A DNA stretch of 64,000 nucleotides from Lepidodermella squamata (taxonomy: Eukaryota; Animalia; Gastrotricha), in assembly GCA_047495785.1 (NCBI GenBank), contig JBLDXI010000019.1, forward strand, positions 868,001 through 932,000. Reading direction: 5' to 3'. A model generated the notes under the pieces. It made no database searches. It worked only from the letters and a program-made list of their open reading frames with translations, and was not told the origin of the DNA. The translations under genes were made by a program, and so were the position numbers. How positions within the stretch are numbered: position 1 is the stretch's first letter; every line of letters starts with the position of its first letter. Shown here one piece after another: positions 24,601 to 39,600 of the stretch.

Positions 24601-27600
24601 ATTATACACTATTATTAATAACATCAATACGGTCATGCTGTTGTTGTTTATCGAGTTACAGCAGCGGCTTTTGATGAACTAACCAACTAACGTGTTTTGT
24701 CGACGCGAGAGATAGCCTTAGAAACATGCCGAGCGTTAGTTGTAACTATCCCAATATTTATGTTCCAGACGAAAACGAAGAGGTGCTATGCGATGCGCTA
24801 ACTCGATGGATTAATTGGCACCTGGAATCGGTAAAATAAATTACTCAATGAATTTGGCGAAATTATCGTGATTTTTTTCTAGCATAATTTATTACCCATC
24901 CCGGACTTGGTCGAAGGAGTGAAAGACGGCCGGGCTCTTCTGCAACTTGTCGAATGCTTGTCTGGTCAACCGCTAACGCCGGAACGCGGCCAAACGCGGA
25001 TACACTGTGTTGGCAATGTAAATAAACTGCTGGACTTTCTTCGCCTTCAATCTACGGTTTGCCTTGAAATTTGCCTTGAGATTTTTATTAATTTTTGTTC
25101 ATTTTTAGTTAAAATTATCCAACATCGTTCCGGAAGATATTATCGACGGAAACGTTAAAATTATATTATCCCTGGTGTGGAATATTGCTCTGTATTATCA
25201 GGTGAGTTATTTTAAGGTGGATTTTTTTAATTTTAATCCAATTTTTTTAGATCATTCGTGTTCTCGTTTTGGACGGCTATGTAAGCCGCGATTGTCAATT
25301 ATCAGCCTGTGAACAGGCGATATTATCATGGTGCCAGCAATGTACAGAGAATTATTCAACAGTCGATATTACAAATCTAACATCGTCGTGGCGCGACGGC
25401 CTAGCGCTGAACGCCGTTTTACACGCGCATTTATCGGCAACGTTCGACTTTAGCCGCGTTTTGCGCATGCAACCGGCCGAACGGGTTGCCAACGCGTTGG
25501 AACTCGCTAACCGGCATTTAGGCATTCGGCCGATTTTCGGCCCCGAGGCTATTGCTTCAACCTCGAATGCCGGTCTGGATAAGAAGACACTGCTGCTTTA
25601 CCTCAGCATGTTATTCGAACGGCTGCCCCGCCTGCCGTCAGCTGGCGGCCTCATCCACCGGTCTGACTCGCATAGCCCGACTGATATACAATCGTCGGGC
25701 TACGAGAAGCAGTCTATGACTTCGTCCATGACCGATAACGACGGCGGGGCGAGTGGCGGGTTAGGCTCGAGTATGGGCGGGCCGTCGATTTCGTTCGGCG
25801 AATCGATTGAAAGCATGTTATCGTGGCTCGCAGTCGCTGAGGGCCAACTCACCCTCGCCGAGTCGGAACCCCTGGGCGAGGGGACCCCCGCCCTGGTCGA
25901 ACAACTGGCCCAACACGAAGAACTCATGGGCGATATGGCGAAACAGCAAACCACAGTCGGACAGTTACTATTAGACGGGTCTTTACCCCCAACTTCCGAC
26001 TCGGACCAGCAACAGCACGAAGTCCAACAGCGCCAAGTTGCGTTATTAAGGCAGCGCTGGGAGGATTTAAGGACTCGAGTCATCGCGAGGTTAGGTGCTA
26101 TCCAAGACAGATTAAGAGTTGTCCGAAAATCTGATCTAGACCGAATTTCCCACGCGTTGCCTCAGTTGGAAAACGCGATTCGAGACCAACTCGACTCGGC
26201 GAATGGCCGCAATGTTTTAGCTGTTGTTAACTCGCTGGAAGGCCTTAATACCCATGTTAACCTTATTCACAACTTCGAGGCATCGGTTGAGGGTTATCTA
26301 AGGACAACCGAGGCTGTTCACGCGAATTTAATCGCTTGTGAAGAATCGGAGGAATTCGGCGAGGATGGGCCGCAATTACTGCAAAAAGCTGTGTCGTTCG
26401 GTGAACGACTCGCGAATTTGCAGCGGCAACTGGAGCAACAGCGTGATATCGTCGACCGGGCCCTTCGCGCCTGGCGGTTTTTCGCCGAGGAAGAGGGCTT
26501 ATTCAACGCGTGGTTGGCTGAAAAAGAGGCGATAATGGAACGAATGGTTGCAACGAAACTGTCCGGCTCGACTACAACCGGGTCTTCATCTGGGTCCGGG
26601 TCTCCGTCCCCGTTTGCTCAAACCGTGATCAGGCAGGTGCGACTGCTGAAATCTATCGAGTTGGAAATGGATAGCCAAGTTCGGCGGTTCGATTCGTTGA
26701 ATGACCATGCCCAGTTGGTGGTCAGTTCCCTAGGGGGTAACACGGCGGTTCTAGCCACCGTATCCGGGCAACTCGAAGCTATGCAACAACGGTGGGAAGC
26801 GCTAGTCCTGGCTATGGAGACTCACTCTCAGGTTTTAGCCGCGACTGGGGTGGATTTAAGCGAGGCCTTACTACCCTCACCCAGCGATAGCCAAGAAATG
26901 CAGAGATCAGTCGGGGGTGGAGGGTCGAGTGGGGGTAGCAGCACCCAGGGCGGTGCCGGGTTGGTGCCAAGTGGGTCCGGAAATCTGGCGAGTAGTGGCA
27001 ATGCCGCTTCCATCAGCCCGGCCAGTTCTTGCCTCAGCGAATTCGAATTCGCGGCTCGACAACTCATCGAATGGCTCGAACGGGCTGAGAGTGGGGTAGG
27101 GCTAATGGCGGTCGGTGACACCCGTCACCCAATGTCAACCGAGGAGCAGTTATCTCTTCTCGCCGAGATGCGGAATGAATTAGCAGGTCAAGTCAGCCAG
27201 TTAGACTCTGTTAAACAACTCGGAGGTCGGCTGGTTCAAGACCTGGAACAAGCCGGCGAGTCGGGGGGTGACGTGACCGAGGCTATCCGATCCCTAGAAA
27301 CCCGCCTCGAACGCCTCTCCCAAACCGCTAATGCCTCAGAACGGCGGTTATTAGTCGGAATTGATATCAGGGTGATTCAAGAGGAGGTCTCTTCGTTGAA
27401 TGAAGTTTTGGCTGGGTATGAAAAATTCCTGAAGTCGATCAGTAACGACCGGCCAACCGACCCGGGTATGACGTCATGCCTCATCGATCAATGCCGCGTT
27501 AAGCTAAAATTGATGTCATCCTATGGCGATCGCATCGAAAGCCTCGAACATCGATCTTCGGCCCTTCAAGCGCCGGAAGACTCGATGTTGGAAGAGGTGA

Positions 27601-30600
27601 ATCATCTTCACCAGGAGGTTGATCGATTCGTGGGGAATTGGAACGGAGTTAGGGCGCAAATCGATGAAAGACTGAAAATTTTAAAGACAATAGCCGCTCA
27701 ACGGCCGCCGAAATCAGTCGTGGAGTCGATTAATGCCCTATCTAAATGGCTCGCTGAGGTCGAAGGAGTGCTGCAAAGCGAGAGAATTGAGGCGAATGAG
27801 GTCAGCGCGCTGGAGGATCAGCATAACCAACTTCGCGAGTTGGGTAACGCTGTTCGAGAATACGAGGATTATTTAAGCCGGGTTGAAGCCGGGGTTCGAG
27901 CTAACGCGGCGTCTGCTGGTATCGGCTCGCAAGAACAGGCTAATCTACAAACCTCAGTCACTCGGCTAGTCGAGCAATACGCCACTGTTCGAGAAACTAT
28001 CGACGCTCATGGGACTCAGTTGCAGCGGCTGATCGCGGATTTGACTGAGTTACAGTCAAACTGCGATGGTTTGAACACCTGGTTAGACGAAATGAGGTCC
28101 TACATCACGGAAACTCGACCCTCAGTTGGCGATCTTGAAACTCTCCGCCAACAGGTTAACGAATGGAGTGACGCTGAGCGCGATGTTAGTACCCTCGAAC
28201 AGACTTTGTCGGTTATTCAAAGTTTAACTAATCGCCTACTGGCCAGTGCGAATAGCCCGGCTTTTGCTGATAAACTCGTCAAGCAATTATCGTCACTTCA
28301 ATCGCGATTTTCTGACACAGCGGGTGAAACTCGTGGCTTGGGCAGCCGCCTTAAAACTAGCCTAGCGACTGTTGAGCAGTTGTGGTCTGACTGCGAGCGT
28401 TTGACAAATTGGCTTGAACAGCGAATTGCCAGCCTTGAATCGGATAAAGTCAGCGAAACTGGTCTGCCGAGTGGTCCGATTTCGGATGAAGCCCAGCTGC
28501 AAGAACGGTTTCAACAGGCTCAGGAGGGTCGTCGGGAATTCGAAGAGCAGAGCTCGGAATACGCGTCGTTGCAGCAAACCTACGACCAGTTAGTGCCATC
28601 AGGCGCGTCGACCACTGACACGCCGTTAAACCGCCGTTTACAGAAATTAAACAACGTCTGGGACCAGTTAGGTGGCATGATTGCCGAGCGACTTGCAGTT
28701 CTACAACGGGCCCAAACTGAGGTCCATTCGGTTAAAGAGCTGGCTAAGCAGGAAGATGATTGGCTGAATGATGTCGAACATCGGCTGACGATTTGCCGCC
28801 GGCCGTTGACGGACGCTGAGGATATCAGTGAGCAGAGTTACGAGCTGGAAAATATCTGGCAGCGCGACTCAGCCGCTCATATTTCGACTGAATTACGGAC
28901 CGTTTCAGACCGGCTGATTTCAGCTGAAATTTGCGCGTCTCTTGTCTCGCAAGTTCGGGAGAAGGCGGATAAGCGGCGCGATGAGGTTAGCGAGAAGGTG
29001 ACTCAAGAACTCGCTAGACTCGAGGCGATGCTGCAGCAGAGCCAGGAAATTGAGCGAACCCTACTTGGGGTTATGCAGTGGCTATGCGATGCGGATGAGT
29101 TGCTGCAAAGCCGTCTCGAGGCCGATATTCTGGCCGCTGATGTCCCGCAAGAATTCGAGGCGTTGCAAAATGAGTTCGGCGAGCACGAGCGAGTTGTTAA
29201 CCGGCTCGAATCGATCAAAGACGGGCTGTCGAGCGAAGGCCGTGAGCTAGCGGCTGCTCGTCTCAAGCAGCAAATGGATTTGATAAGGGAGCGATTCGCG
29301 GCTGTTAACCACAAATTCGCCAAGTTTCAAAGACCGGCTGATTTCGAGACGAAACTCGACCGGGTTCGGCGTGTTCTCGACGATGTTGAGGAGCGGTTGA
29401 ATTTACTTGAGATTCGCGAGGCTGATGTCGATACGTTGAGCTCGCAACTCGACCACTGTTTACGCTTCTATCGAACCCTAAGTGAGGCGAAACCTGAGGT
29501 TGAGTACGTGCTAAGAACTGGCCGGCAGGTTGTTGAGAAGCGCCAAGTCGACTACCCCGAGAAGCTATCAGCCACGCTAGACACGATAAAGCACCGATTC
29601 AACCAGCAGGGTAGCCAAGTGACGCAGTCGAAAGGCCTGTTGGAGCGGGCGGTGAAATTGTCGAAAAAGTTGACGAAAGACGCGAATGTTTTGAAAGATT
29701 TGTACGCGAAAGTGGACGCGGCTGTTGCTGACGTCCAGCAGAACCAGGACGACGCCCCGGCTGGTCAACCGGCCATGTCCGTTGACGACGGTTTGCGGCT
29801 GCTCGAAGTTCTCGACGGCCAGTTACGGCGGCGGCAGCAAACGTTGCGATCTGCTGAGGACTGTATGGCTCAACTCACTGATCTAGCGAGTGTTTGTTGC
29901 TCAGGGGGCGAGTTGGCGCAGGGTGCGATGAAGGACTGGTTAACGCTACGCTATGGCGCGTTGCCTGTTCGCATGGAGCGCGCGAATAGCGAGTTGAATG
30001 ATGCTATCAGCCGTTTACGTGAGCAGCAACAGCGCATTCAATCGATACAGGCCGATATTCAAACCGCCATGGAGTCGATAGGTTCGGCGTTGTTTCGAGC
30101 CGAGGCGCAACTGCGACGCTGGACGACCACCGGGGAATTGACGGCGGCGGATCGCCAGAAGCTACAGGTTTGTGTTTATTATTAAGGTGGTTGTTGATAC
30201 TATTTTTCGCGCTTCATTTGCCCCTCTCATCAGTGTATAACCAAGTTTCGCGATATATTTAACTGTAAATAGCATGCCATTACCCGGGCCTATAATCGAT
30301 CGCAAACACGCGATATGCATATATACACTTATATTATAATTCAATTCGACCGCAGTGATAACGATAGTCTATGTGAAGAGAGGTGGCGCCGCTGCTCAAG
30401 GGGAAGGGGAAAAAATAGCCGATGGTAGTAGGGAGGCTGCTCTGTCTTTCCATTGCCTTGTAAATATAATCCGCCTGCGTATAACTGGACACGTAGTTTT
30501 TATCTTGATTATATTTTCTTGCATTATTTATTATGAAAAAAAGCTCGCGAATAATGCTAATTTTTCTCGTTATTACATTGTAATCACGCTATTGTGAAAA

Positions 30601-33600
30601 ATTATTGTCGGTTTTTCTTCCTCATCTGCGAACAATAGACGTTGCAAGGCGAACTCGAAACAACTGTTGCTGGTACTCTGTTCTCAAGTGTTCGCTCGCT
30701 GGCGTCCCAACTCGGCGACATCGAGCCGCGGCTGCGCTCTGTTGTCGACGCGCAAATTGCCGACTTTTCGACAAAACTCGGCGACGTGCAAACTCGAATT
30801 CAGGTGAGACATTTAACATTTTTTATTAGTCTATTTTTGGGGGAATTATTGAAAAATTGCTACCATTCAGATTTGCTGGTTCTATTTTCGTTGATAGGTG
30901 CAATATAATATTGTTTATGGCATTTTTATGGCATTTTTACGGTAATCGTAGACTTGCCTGAGAATATTTTATCGCACTCTTTCGAGCTCATAAAAATGGT
31001 ACATATTTTATTTCCGGGATAAGTACCTCGTCCGAAAATTTGGCAGTAATTGATTTTCTCCTGCTGAGATCGAAATTGCGATCTCTAGATTCGAGCTTTA
31101 ATTATTAAATATTTTTCTATATTATTGCATTCATTTTTTAGATGGCTCTAGCCCAATCGGAAGCAAACGAGTTGGAAAAAAGTTCTATTAAGGAGGCTGT
31201 TTCTACCTCCGCCGATGATGTTATCCTCGCCCTTCAGTCATGCCTCGAAAAAGTTCAATCACTGCATCAGCCCGATCTCACGACAACACTGTCATCCGAA
31301 GCCGCTGATCAACTAGTCCAGGCGTATACAAGCGAATTCGAGGCAACTGACGAGGCTGTTCGAGCGTGTATAGCTCGAATCGGAGTTTGGCTCGAGGAAA
31401 CCGCGGAAGGCGAAGAGGCGGAACGAGTCGCTGGAATGCTGGACGATCTCAAAAAGCAGGCGCAAACCCTGGTCGATCATCACGCCTCAGTCACCCGGCT
31501 GAGTCGCGGTGTTTGCGATTTGCGAGAAATGGAACTACTTCGAGATCAACTATCCGAACGACTGGCTCGAGTTTTCGACGCGGCCGACGGAATTTCAGGC
31601 ACATTGGCCGGGGTCACCCAGGAAGACCTGGACGTTGTTCAAACCGAGGCTGGAGATTTGCAGACTATCCTAAACAGGGTAGCCGCCTCGGGTTTCCAAC
31701 CAGACTCCAGCGCTGTTCGGTTATTAAGGCGGTGCGATGATTTATTGTCACTGAGTACCTCAGGCCTGTTGCTTCAATCCCAGCAGTCTGTCACGAATTC
31801 GACGATTGGAGTCGGGAAGGATGACGCAATGTTCTTATCCGCCCTTTCAGTTCAAACTAACTCGAGATCTATTGTCTTCGACACGCCCCATGGCGGTAGT
31901 ACTGATCTAGTCGGGGAGGAAGGTACCCTCTCGTTATCAATGGCTAACGAAGTCTCGGCCTTCAACACAACGGTCGAAGATGTCAGTCACCGAATTTTGA
32001 CAATTCAGCGCAGTTTGGCGAAGGCTGATCACGTCGCCACTGTCGTACTACTCGAGAACGAATTCGTTAACACGTGTAACAGCCAGCTGCAAACAGTCGA
32101 GGCGCAATGCAGTGAAGTTGTCGAAAATTGCCTGCAAACTGGCGAGGCTAATCACTTGGAAACTGGCGAGAAGCTCAAGTCCTCCGTCGATCTGTTACGC
32201 CTGCAGACGTCTCGGTTAAGGCGGTCGTTTGACGAGCGGCGGACGGATATTCAGCGCGTCGACTCGCTGGAGGACCGCTTTGAGGCGGCTCTTCGCGACA
32301 TGGACGCGATTTTGTCGCGCCGCCAGAAGTCGCCGAAGCCGCAGTTGTTCGCCAACTCGCCGTCGCTGTTCGGCCTCGCGTTGTACGGTCTTGAGGCCGA
32401 GCTTTCGGCCTGTTTAGGCGAGTGCAATCTTTCGGAGTCTTCAGAAGACTCGCCGCTCGCCTCAAGAGCGTCGCAACTGCGAGCGAAAATCGCGGCTAAT
32501 CTCGACCGGCTGAAGTCGACGATCGCTGATACGCCGAAATCGCTCGACAAGGCTGACATTGTCAAATGCCTGCATGAAGGCGAGGAGTTCGGCGACAATG
32601 AGTGGTACCAAAGCGCGGGTGTTGTGCTGAAATGGGCCCAGTTATCGCCGATTGCGAATGACGAAATTCAACAAATCCACGATATCTCGATCGCGTTAGC
32701 CGACGAACGCGCTGCCTTTGCGAAACAGGTCGATGCCTGGGTCGATCGCATTCTGCCTGAAGTTCTCGAGGGCGGTGTTGTTGATATCAGCTCAATTCTC
32801 GCTGAAATTGAGCGGAAAAAGCGGCGGTTATCCATCGTCGAAGACCCGGCTAAGGCGGAGGAGTTGCGGCAAAAACTGAGCAAATTACGCCAGGCTGTTG
32901 TCACATCGGCCGGGCAAGACCTATGCCGCTGGTTGGGCGTGATTCGCGAGCTGGTCACCGCCGGCCGGGTTCGGATCGGCGACTCGGATCAGGTCGAATC
33001 TGAGATGGATAAGCTCACGAAACTTGGCGCGGATTTCGAGGAGAAGCAGGGTGTTCTGAAGCAGATCATCGACGACGCAACCAACGACGAAATTGCCATT
33101 CAAAGTGAGTGGTAGCCTTAATTATTAATGACTATATAAATTAGCCTGGGGGTGGTGTGGTTGATGGGGCGGGGACAAAACCCACCAGAAAAAGGCCTAC
33201 TCAATGCACTTGAGGCGTGAAGTTTTTCGGTTCTTGATTATTGTTTTTTCTGCCGTGCTTTATTACGAGCAATATGACTAGCTTTGAGCGGAAATTCTGG
33301 CAATTTCGCACCTAGCCTTCGTTTCCGTACTTTGTTTCCGGGCGGCCCGCCGTCCGATTTGACGCCGCTGTATTAAATACCGCGACAAAATGCGATTTTT
33401 CCCTCGCATTCTGGCGACCAATAGTTGCGACCTTTTTGAAATGTGGACATTATATCAGATTTCAGTGTATAGCCGTTCCGCTTCCCATAAAACCATTTCG
33501 CTCGCTACGCGGGGGTGAAAATTAGCCGATTTATTGAGCTGGATTATACATTTTAATGCATAGCGTGAAATACTATTAGAGAAGCTTGATTTTCGGGCCA

Positions 33601-36600
33601 ATTAATTTATCGTTTCTTGGTTTCTGAGTAAACATATCATGTGACGCTTTTCCACCGCATATAATGGTCTCATCTACTTTGTTTGACCGCATCGCGCTCG
33701 TTATTTCGATTATTGGCGCCCATCGCTACAAATAATTGCCCTTCCTCCTTGAATAAGTTGCGCGCGCGTGATCGCCTAATCCAATATGACCAGTGGACTT
33801 TATTAAAGGGACCAAAATCTGCTCGATGTACTACTATCTTTTCAACGCCTCAAATCCGCCATTGTCTCGGCTTATTATGATGATTGTTTTTGTTGTACTA
33901 TATTGGCCCATAATTTATATATTATTATTATAAAATGCCACAAGAGACCACTGCACCAAAACGCCTTTTGTCTCCTCTATTTCGCGCCATCGCGTCTTAC
34001 AGCAAAAAATGTGTCAAGAATAATAACCCGCAAATCGCGTCCTAAGAAGCAATTTATAAGGAACTTGTCAGTTTTTCGTCTTCCCCTGTCAATTTTCGCT
34101 TTTTTCTAATGTTATTTATTATCATATTTTTTTATCGCCGTAAGAAAATCAGCCAATGTATAGAATCCCCCGGGTACCATATATTTTGCGCGTATTTTTT
34201 CTACATTTTCGATTTGCTACTGCGGACGTGTGCGAGTCCTGTATATACATGGTCTAATTCACCGTCTGAGGAGATGAAGCAGTAGGGGCAAAAAAATTCT
34301 CGCGAGAATTGGAATTGTTTTATACATTGTCGTTGCATGCCACCACACCCAGTCCAATCATTTGCGCCGGACTGCTCTATTATTTTGCGACGAAATAATC
34401 GCGCGCCACATCCTTGTAGCAGTAGTCAAGTTGTTGAAAATCAAAATCGAAAATGCGCGGAATTATGGCCAGAGCGACAGACACATCTCGGCCGCTCGAG
34501 GCCGTGTCCGCGCGTGTATTTATAGATTACGAGCGCGATGTAGTAATTATTATTGATATAGACATGCACTACTAATGCTACATTTTTAGCCACTCCCAGC
34601 CAGCTTAATAACTTGCGCGCGAAACATGAACTGAGGCGAGATATTTGTAATTACAAAGCGTTCGATCTTTTTTTATTGCATTTAATTAATATATGTAGAT
34701 GGAACTTTGTTTTCAAACAAATAATGTCGTGCTATCACAGTAGAATAGCATGAAACCGGCCTCGGCCAGAAATCATCGTCATCATCGTCATCATTATAGG
34801 CACCCTCCGCCGCCGAGTAGTAGAAGCTGTTTTCATAACTTTTTAATGCAAATATAAAATAATTTTTGTACTGGAAATGTCTTTTCTTCGAGGGTTCGGT
34901 ATGCCGAATCTAAGTAACTGAATAATTTTCCGCAAATAACCTATAAATTGATTAATCGTTTTTTCAGTGAATGACCTCAAAAAACAGTGGGACTCTGCTG
35001 TAGTGGCTGTTGAGGAGCGGAAAACTCAATTGGCCGGAATTTTATCGATCGGTACCGAAATCAACGACCAGGCGGAAAAATTGGATGGCCTAACGGGTCG
35101 ATTACTCGAGTCTACGCAGGAAGCGAAGAGCAAAACGTTAGAAGCTGCTGGGCTCATGACGCCGCCGTCTTCGACAAAGCCGGCCGAATCCGTGGCGCCA
35201 TCAACGCCGTCTTCGGTGCGGCCGAGCCAGGGCGAGTCTGCCTCAACGTTATCAGCCGCGATTTCAACCCCGTCGATGCCATCGCCGTCGTTATCGTCCC
35301 ATGCCGGTTCTCAGGCTGCTGCGTCGGAGATTGAAGCTTCGAAAGATTCGGTGCAAACTGCTGCTAATTTAGCGGATAAGCTGACTGAAAAAGGCAATGA
35401 AGCTGAGGCGTTGGCAAAAACAACTGGTGATGACTCATCGATGGTCCGAGACCGCATCGACAAATCGATCAGAAAATTCAGTACTCTCGTTAACCGACGG
35501 TAAGTCGAATTTTATGGTGAAATTTTATTAAAAAAAATACAAATTAGTTTTAAATTAAAATTTTGAAATATAATTCAATTTTCGAATTTTTTTAAATATT
35601 TTTTACGTCCGTTTTTAGGGCAACAATTATTTTTTCCTGTAAATTCTCAATTTATTTAATCAATTTTTTGTTTCTCTGAATTTTTTTGTAATTTTTTCAA
35701 TTATTTCTTAGCCGGTCAGAATAGGGTACTATTTTTTGTATTTAGCCTCAGGCGGCACGCGTTTAATTTGCCCGACCACTACTACAAGATCCAGTGACTG
35801 TTGACATTTTTTGTCGATCAAAAATGATAGTAGTGGAAAAACGTCTTAACTAAATCAGTTGCACTTGACCACGCTACTAGTGCTGGGCACTAGATCTAAT
35901 CGACGCGCGTTAAGATAATTACATTTTTAAAGAGCAGCCTGGACATGCTGCTATTAAGTATAAAGTAATAATAGCGTTTTATAGGGTGGTCTAATATATG
36001 TTTGTCCAGCTTTTATTTCTGGCCACCAAATATGCCGTATGTTTACTCTGAAGAGTTGTGGCTTTCCTTGCGAGCCTACAACAATTTATCCGCCTTAAGA
36101 TGTTGTTTTGATGCTATATATGGTCCTTTTTCTTTGTTGTAGCTTCTCTTTTATCTGGCTGCTGTGTATCAGATATATTTTTTACGTTTTAAGCTGTTTA
36201 CTATTATTGGCGTAAATAACTGCTACTACCTTGCTTTAAAAAATAATGCGATCGAGTTACTCAATCGATTCGGCGAGTGAAATCGATGATTTTGAGGACA
36301 TAGAAGAAGATGACCTAACCGATATTGACGATTACGGTTATGATGACAGGTTGAGTCTCGCGTCGATCGCCTCGTCGGCCGGCAAAAAAACGCTCGACGA
36401 ACAGCTGAAGGACACGTCCGACTGGCTGTCCGCCGCCGAATCGCGCCTTACCACCGTAAACCGCACGTTCGACGCGCAACTCAGCGCCATTTCACCGTCT
36501 GCCATCGTTCCTGTCGAAGAACTCGGCCAACAACTCTCGGTAAGATTGTAATAAATTGTTTTATCATTATTATGACACAGCGAATAAAAGCCAGACGCGC

Positions 36601-39600
36601 TATTGTTTTCGCGCGCGGCGTGAGATAATTTTTATCTCGAGCGGCCATCACGATATATACGAATATAATATATAAATGCGATCGCTTGAAACCGTGCAAC
36701 ACCTGGCTATTTTTTTGTGCGTTAGACGCCTTCCGCACTTCCGCGCAATGTATTGATTAAGCGCGCGGTCAAGTTGCATTAAACGCAACTCTAGGCATTT
36801 GTTTTCTGCGAGCTCGAGAGGCCACTACAAGTGTACCCCGAGGCCATTAAGGGAGCGCTTTCTCACTTTTTGCTCGATGTAGCTATCTATTTGCTGTAAT
36901 AAAAATAACGCCTTGTAATCTTATAGCTATGCGTGTAAATTTTGCCGAGAATTTGGGTGTGTAATATGATGTTACTTTCGGTTAAAAAACAATGTTATTG
37001 AGTCTAGCCAGCTTAATAAGGAGACGTATATTTTTTGGCACGGCCTCTTTTTCAAACTCGTAGTATCTAGTTTCGATACTAAATGCGTAAGCTCCCCCTT
37101 CTGTTCGCTGTTCTTATCGCGGAAAATTGGTTTGCGCCCCGCGTCTATCGACCGACCGACCCAATTGCGCATGCCGCGACCACTGCGTCGGCTAATTTTT
37201 CGTCTGAATTTCTTTTCATATCCTATACACATATTTTCGCTGTTATAATATGCACTGCGCACTGATACTTTTACTACACTTACACTTTGTTGTCGACGCT
37301 GTTGATTGCGCCATTAGTTTTAAGGAGGATGCGCGCCTGAAAGTTTTAATTTGTAGCTTTGTCTTGACTTTGGCGTCGCTTTAATAGGTGGTATTAATGG
37401 CTTGTGTATCATGCATTTCCGCCGCGTTGAAGACCCCGAATATAAGTGAGGACATGATGTATATGCATTCGCTTGCAATGCACCCGCCAATTGCTGCTGT
37501 AAACTTGATGAGCGCAAGAGCATGTGAAATTTCGCGAATTCAAGCGTAAATCCGCCTATTTTTGCGTGTTTGCTGGCCATCTTCCGCCCAGCGCGGCGAT
37601 AATACTATCATCTCACGTTGTTTTTACAACTTTGCATGTGTAGTGAGTTATTACTCATCATTGTTTTGATGATATGTTGTTGGTGGAAGTGCATTCTAGT
37701 ACTCTACATGATGGTTGTTTCATCTAGGATCTGCAACGAGAGCTCGCTAACCAACAATGCCAAATGGAAGCTATGCAGAAGCAACATCCTGACCTAACTG
37801 CTGTCATCGCGTTTCGCGACCGCATGAATCGGTTGCAGACCGCCGGCAAAGACCTCGGGTGAGCTTTTGTGACAACACGCGCTTCGAAAAGCCGTTTTCA
37901 AAATTCTATCCAGCTTAAAAAAATATTTACCAATATAATTCCTACTAATCTTTTGTTTATCAAATTCTGTTCTTCTTTTTTCTAAATATTTACAAAATAT
38001 TAATGAATAACAGAGTAAAGTTCTCAAATATAGAGAAGTCTGACCCTCCCGTTTTAGAAAACGATGAATATTTTCAAAATATTTTAAATATTTCAAATTT
38101 TATATTTCGCTAATTTTCCTAATAAATGAAGATATTTTGGACAATCTCAATTTAACTGAATTTTTTCTAAATTTTGTTTGGCATACTTATTATTGAAATT
38201 TGACTTGATACTTTGAGAGAAATCGTTCTTTTCCGATTTTTGTGAAAATTAATATTTTATTTTTAGTAATTTTTCCTATTTTTTGTCCTTACTCTGTGTC
38301 CTTAGACTCTGTTCTCAATTCATCGCAATTTAATTTAAATTTTTTGCCCTTCTTATTTTTAGTGAGAAGCTTGCCGAGCCTACTTGGCAACGCATAGCCG
38401 CCGCCTTAAAACTGCAGACCACGTGGGCGACGTCGACCCACGCGACCGTCGCCGCCGATTTCCACCAGCTTCCATCTAGCTCAGAGCAACTCGCAAAACT
38501 CCGGTCACGCCTACAAGAATTACGCCGTGAGATCGAAGTGAAACGGCCGGTGGTCGACCGGCTGATCACAAATGGCCACTCGGTGCTGGTCAATGTCGAC
38601 TCGCGCGCGGCCGACGACCTCGGCAAGTGCCTTCGAACGTCGCGCGAGAAGTGGGACCAACTTCTGGCGACCGCAACGCGGGCTGAACAGCGCCTCACCA
38701 CCGCGACCCCGCTAATCAACGAACTCGAGACTTGCACGCGGTTGGCGACGGAAAAACTCGAAAAGGCCGAACAAGCCTCGTCATCCTGGGTCGCCCCGGG
38801 TGATTTACCCATCGACGCGTTAGACGCAGAGTTGGAACGGGTGAGAAGCCTCGAGTTAGCCCTACTACCCATCCAATCTCGCCTCGACTGCCTTGAGCAA
38901 CTATGCGACCGGTTGAATCAAATTGACGCGCCGCTAGATTCGAACGCCAAGTCGCAGGTTGAAAATTTGAGGTCGAGATGGCGTAGCCTACACGCAGCGA
39001 CCGCTCAACGTCACGCTGATTTGCATCGACTCCTCAGCGAATTCGGGCCGCATCACTTTTTGGCGGCAAGTGTCGAGCCGCCGTGGGAGCGTGCCCTCAC
39101 GCAACCAGGTCGCATACCGTACTACGTCAACCACCAGGCGGAGACAACGAGTTGGGACCACCCGGCTATGCAAATTTTGGTCGATTCGTTCCGTGAGTTG
39201 AACAACATTCGATTCGCGGCGTACCGGACCGGGCAGAAGCTGCGAGCTGTGCAACGCGCGACTTGCCTCGATCAAATACCTCTTCTCGATTTCTCGCGCT
39301 GCTGCGATAAACTGGGCTTCCCGGCGTCGAACGGCGTCGCCATGTCGATTTCGGCCGATGCCGCGCCGTCGATTGACATTTTGGACATGGTCACGTGTCT
39401 GTCGCAGGTGTTCGAATCGGCCGCTGAGCAGACAATCAACATTGCGCCGATGAATGTGCCGCTTTGCGTCGATCTCACCCTCAACTGGCTGCTCAACTGT
39501 TATGACCCGGCGCGGACGGGTCGCATCCGCCTGGCTGCCTTCAAAACCGGCGTGGCGTTGCTGGCCGGTGGAACTCTGGAGGAGAAATATCGCTATCTTT

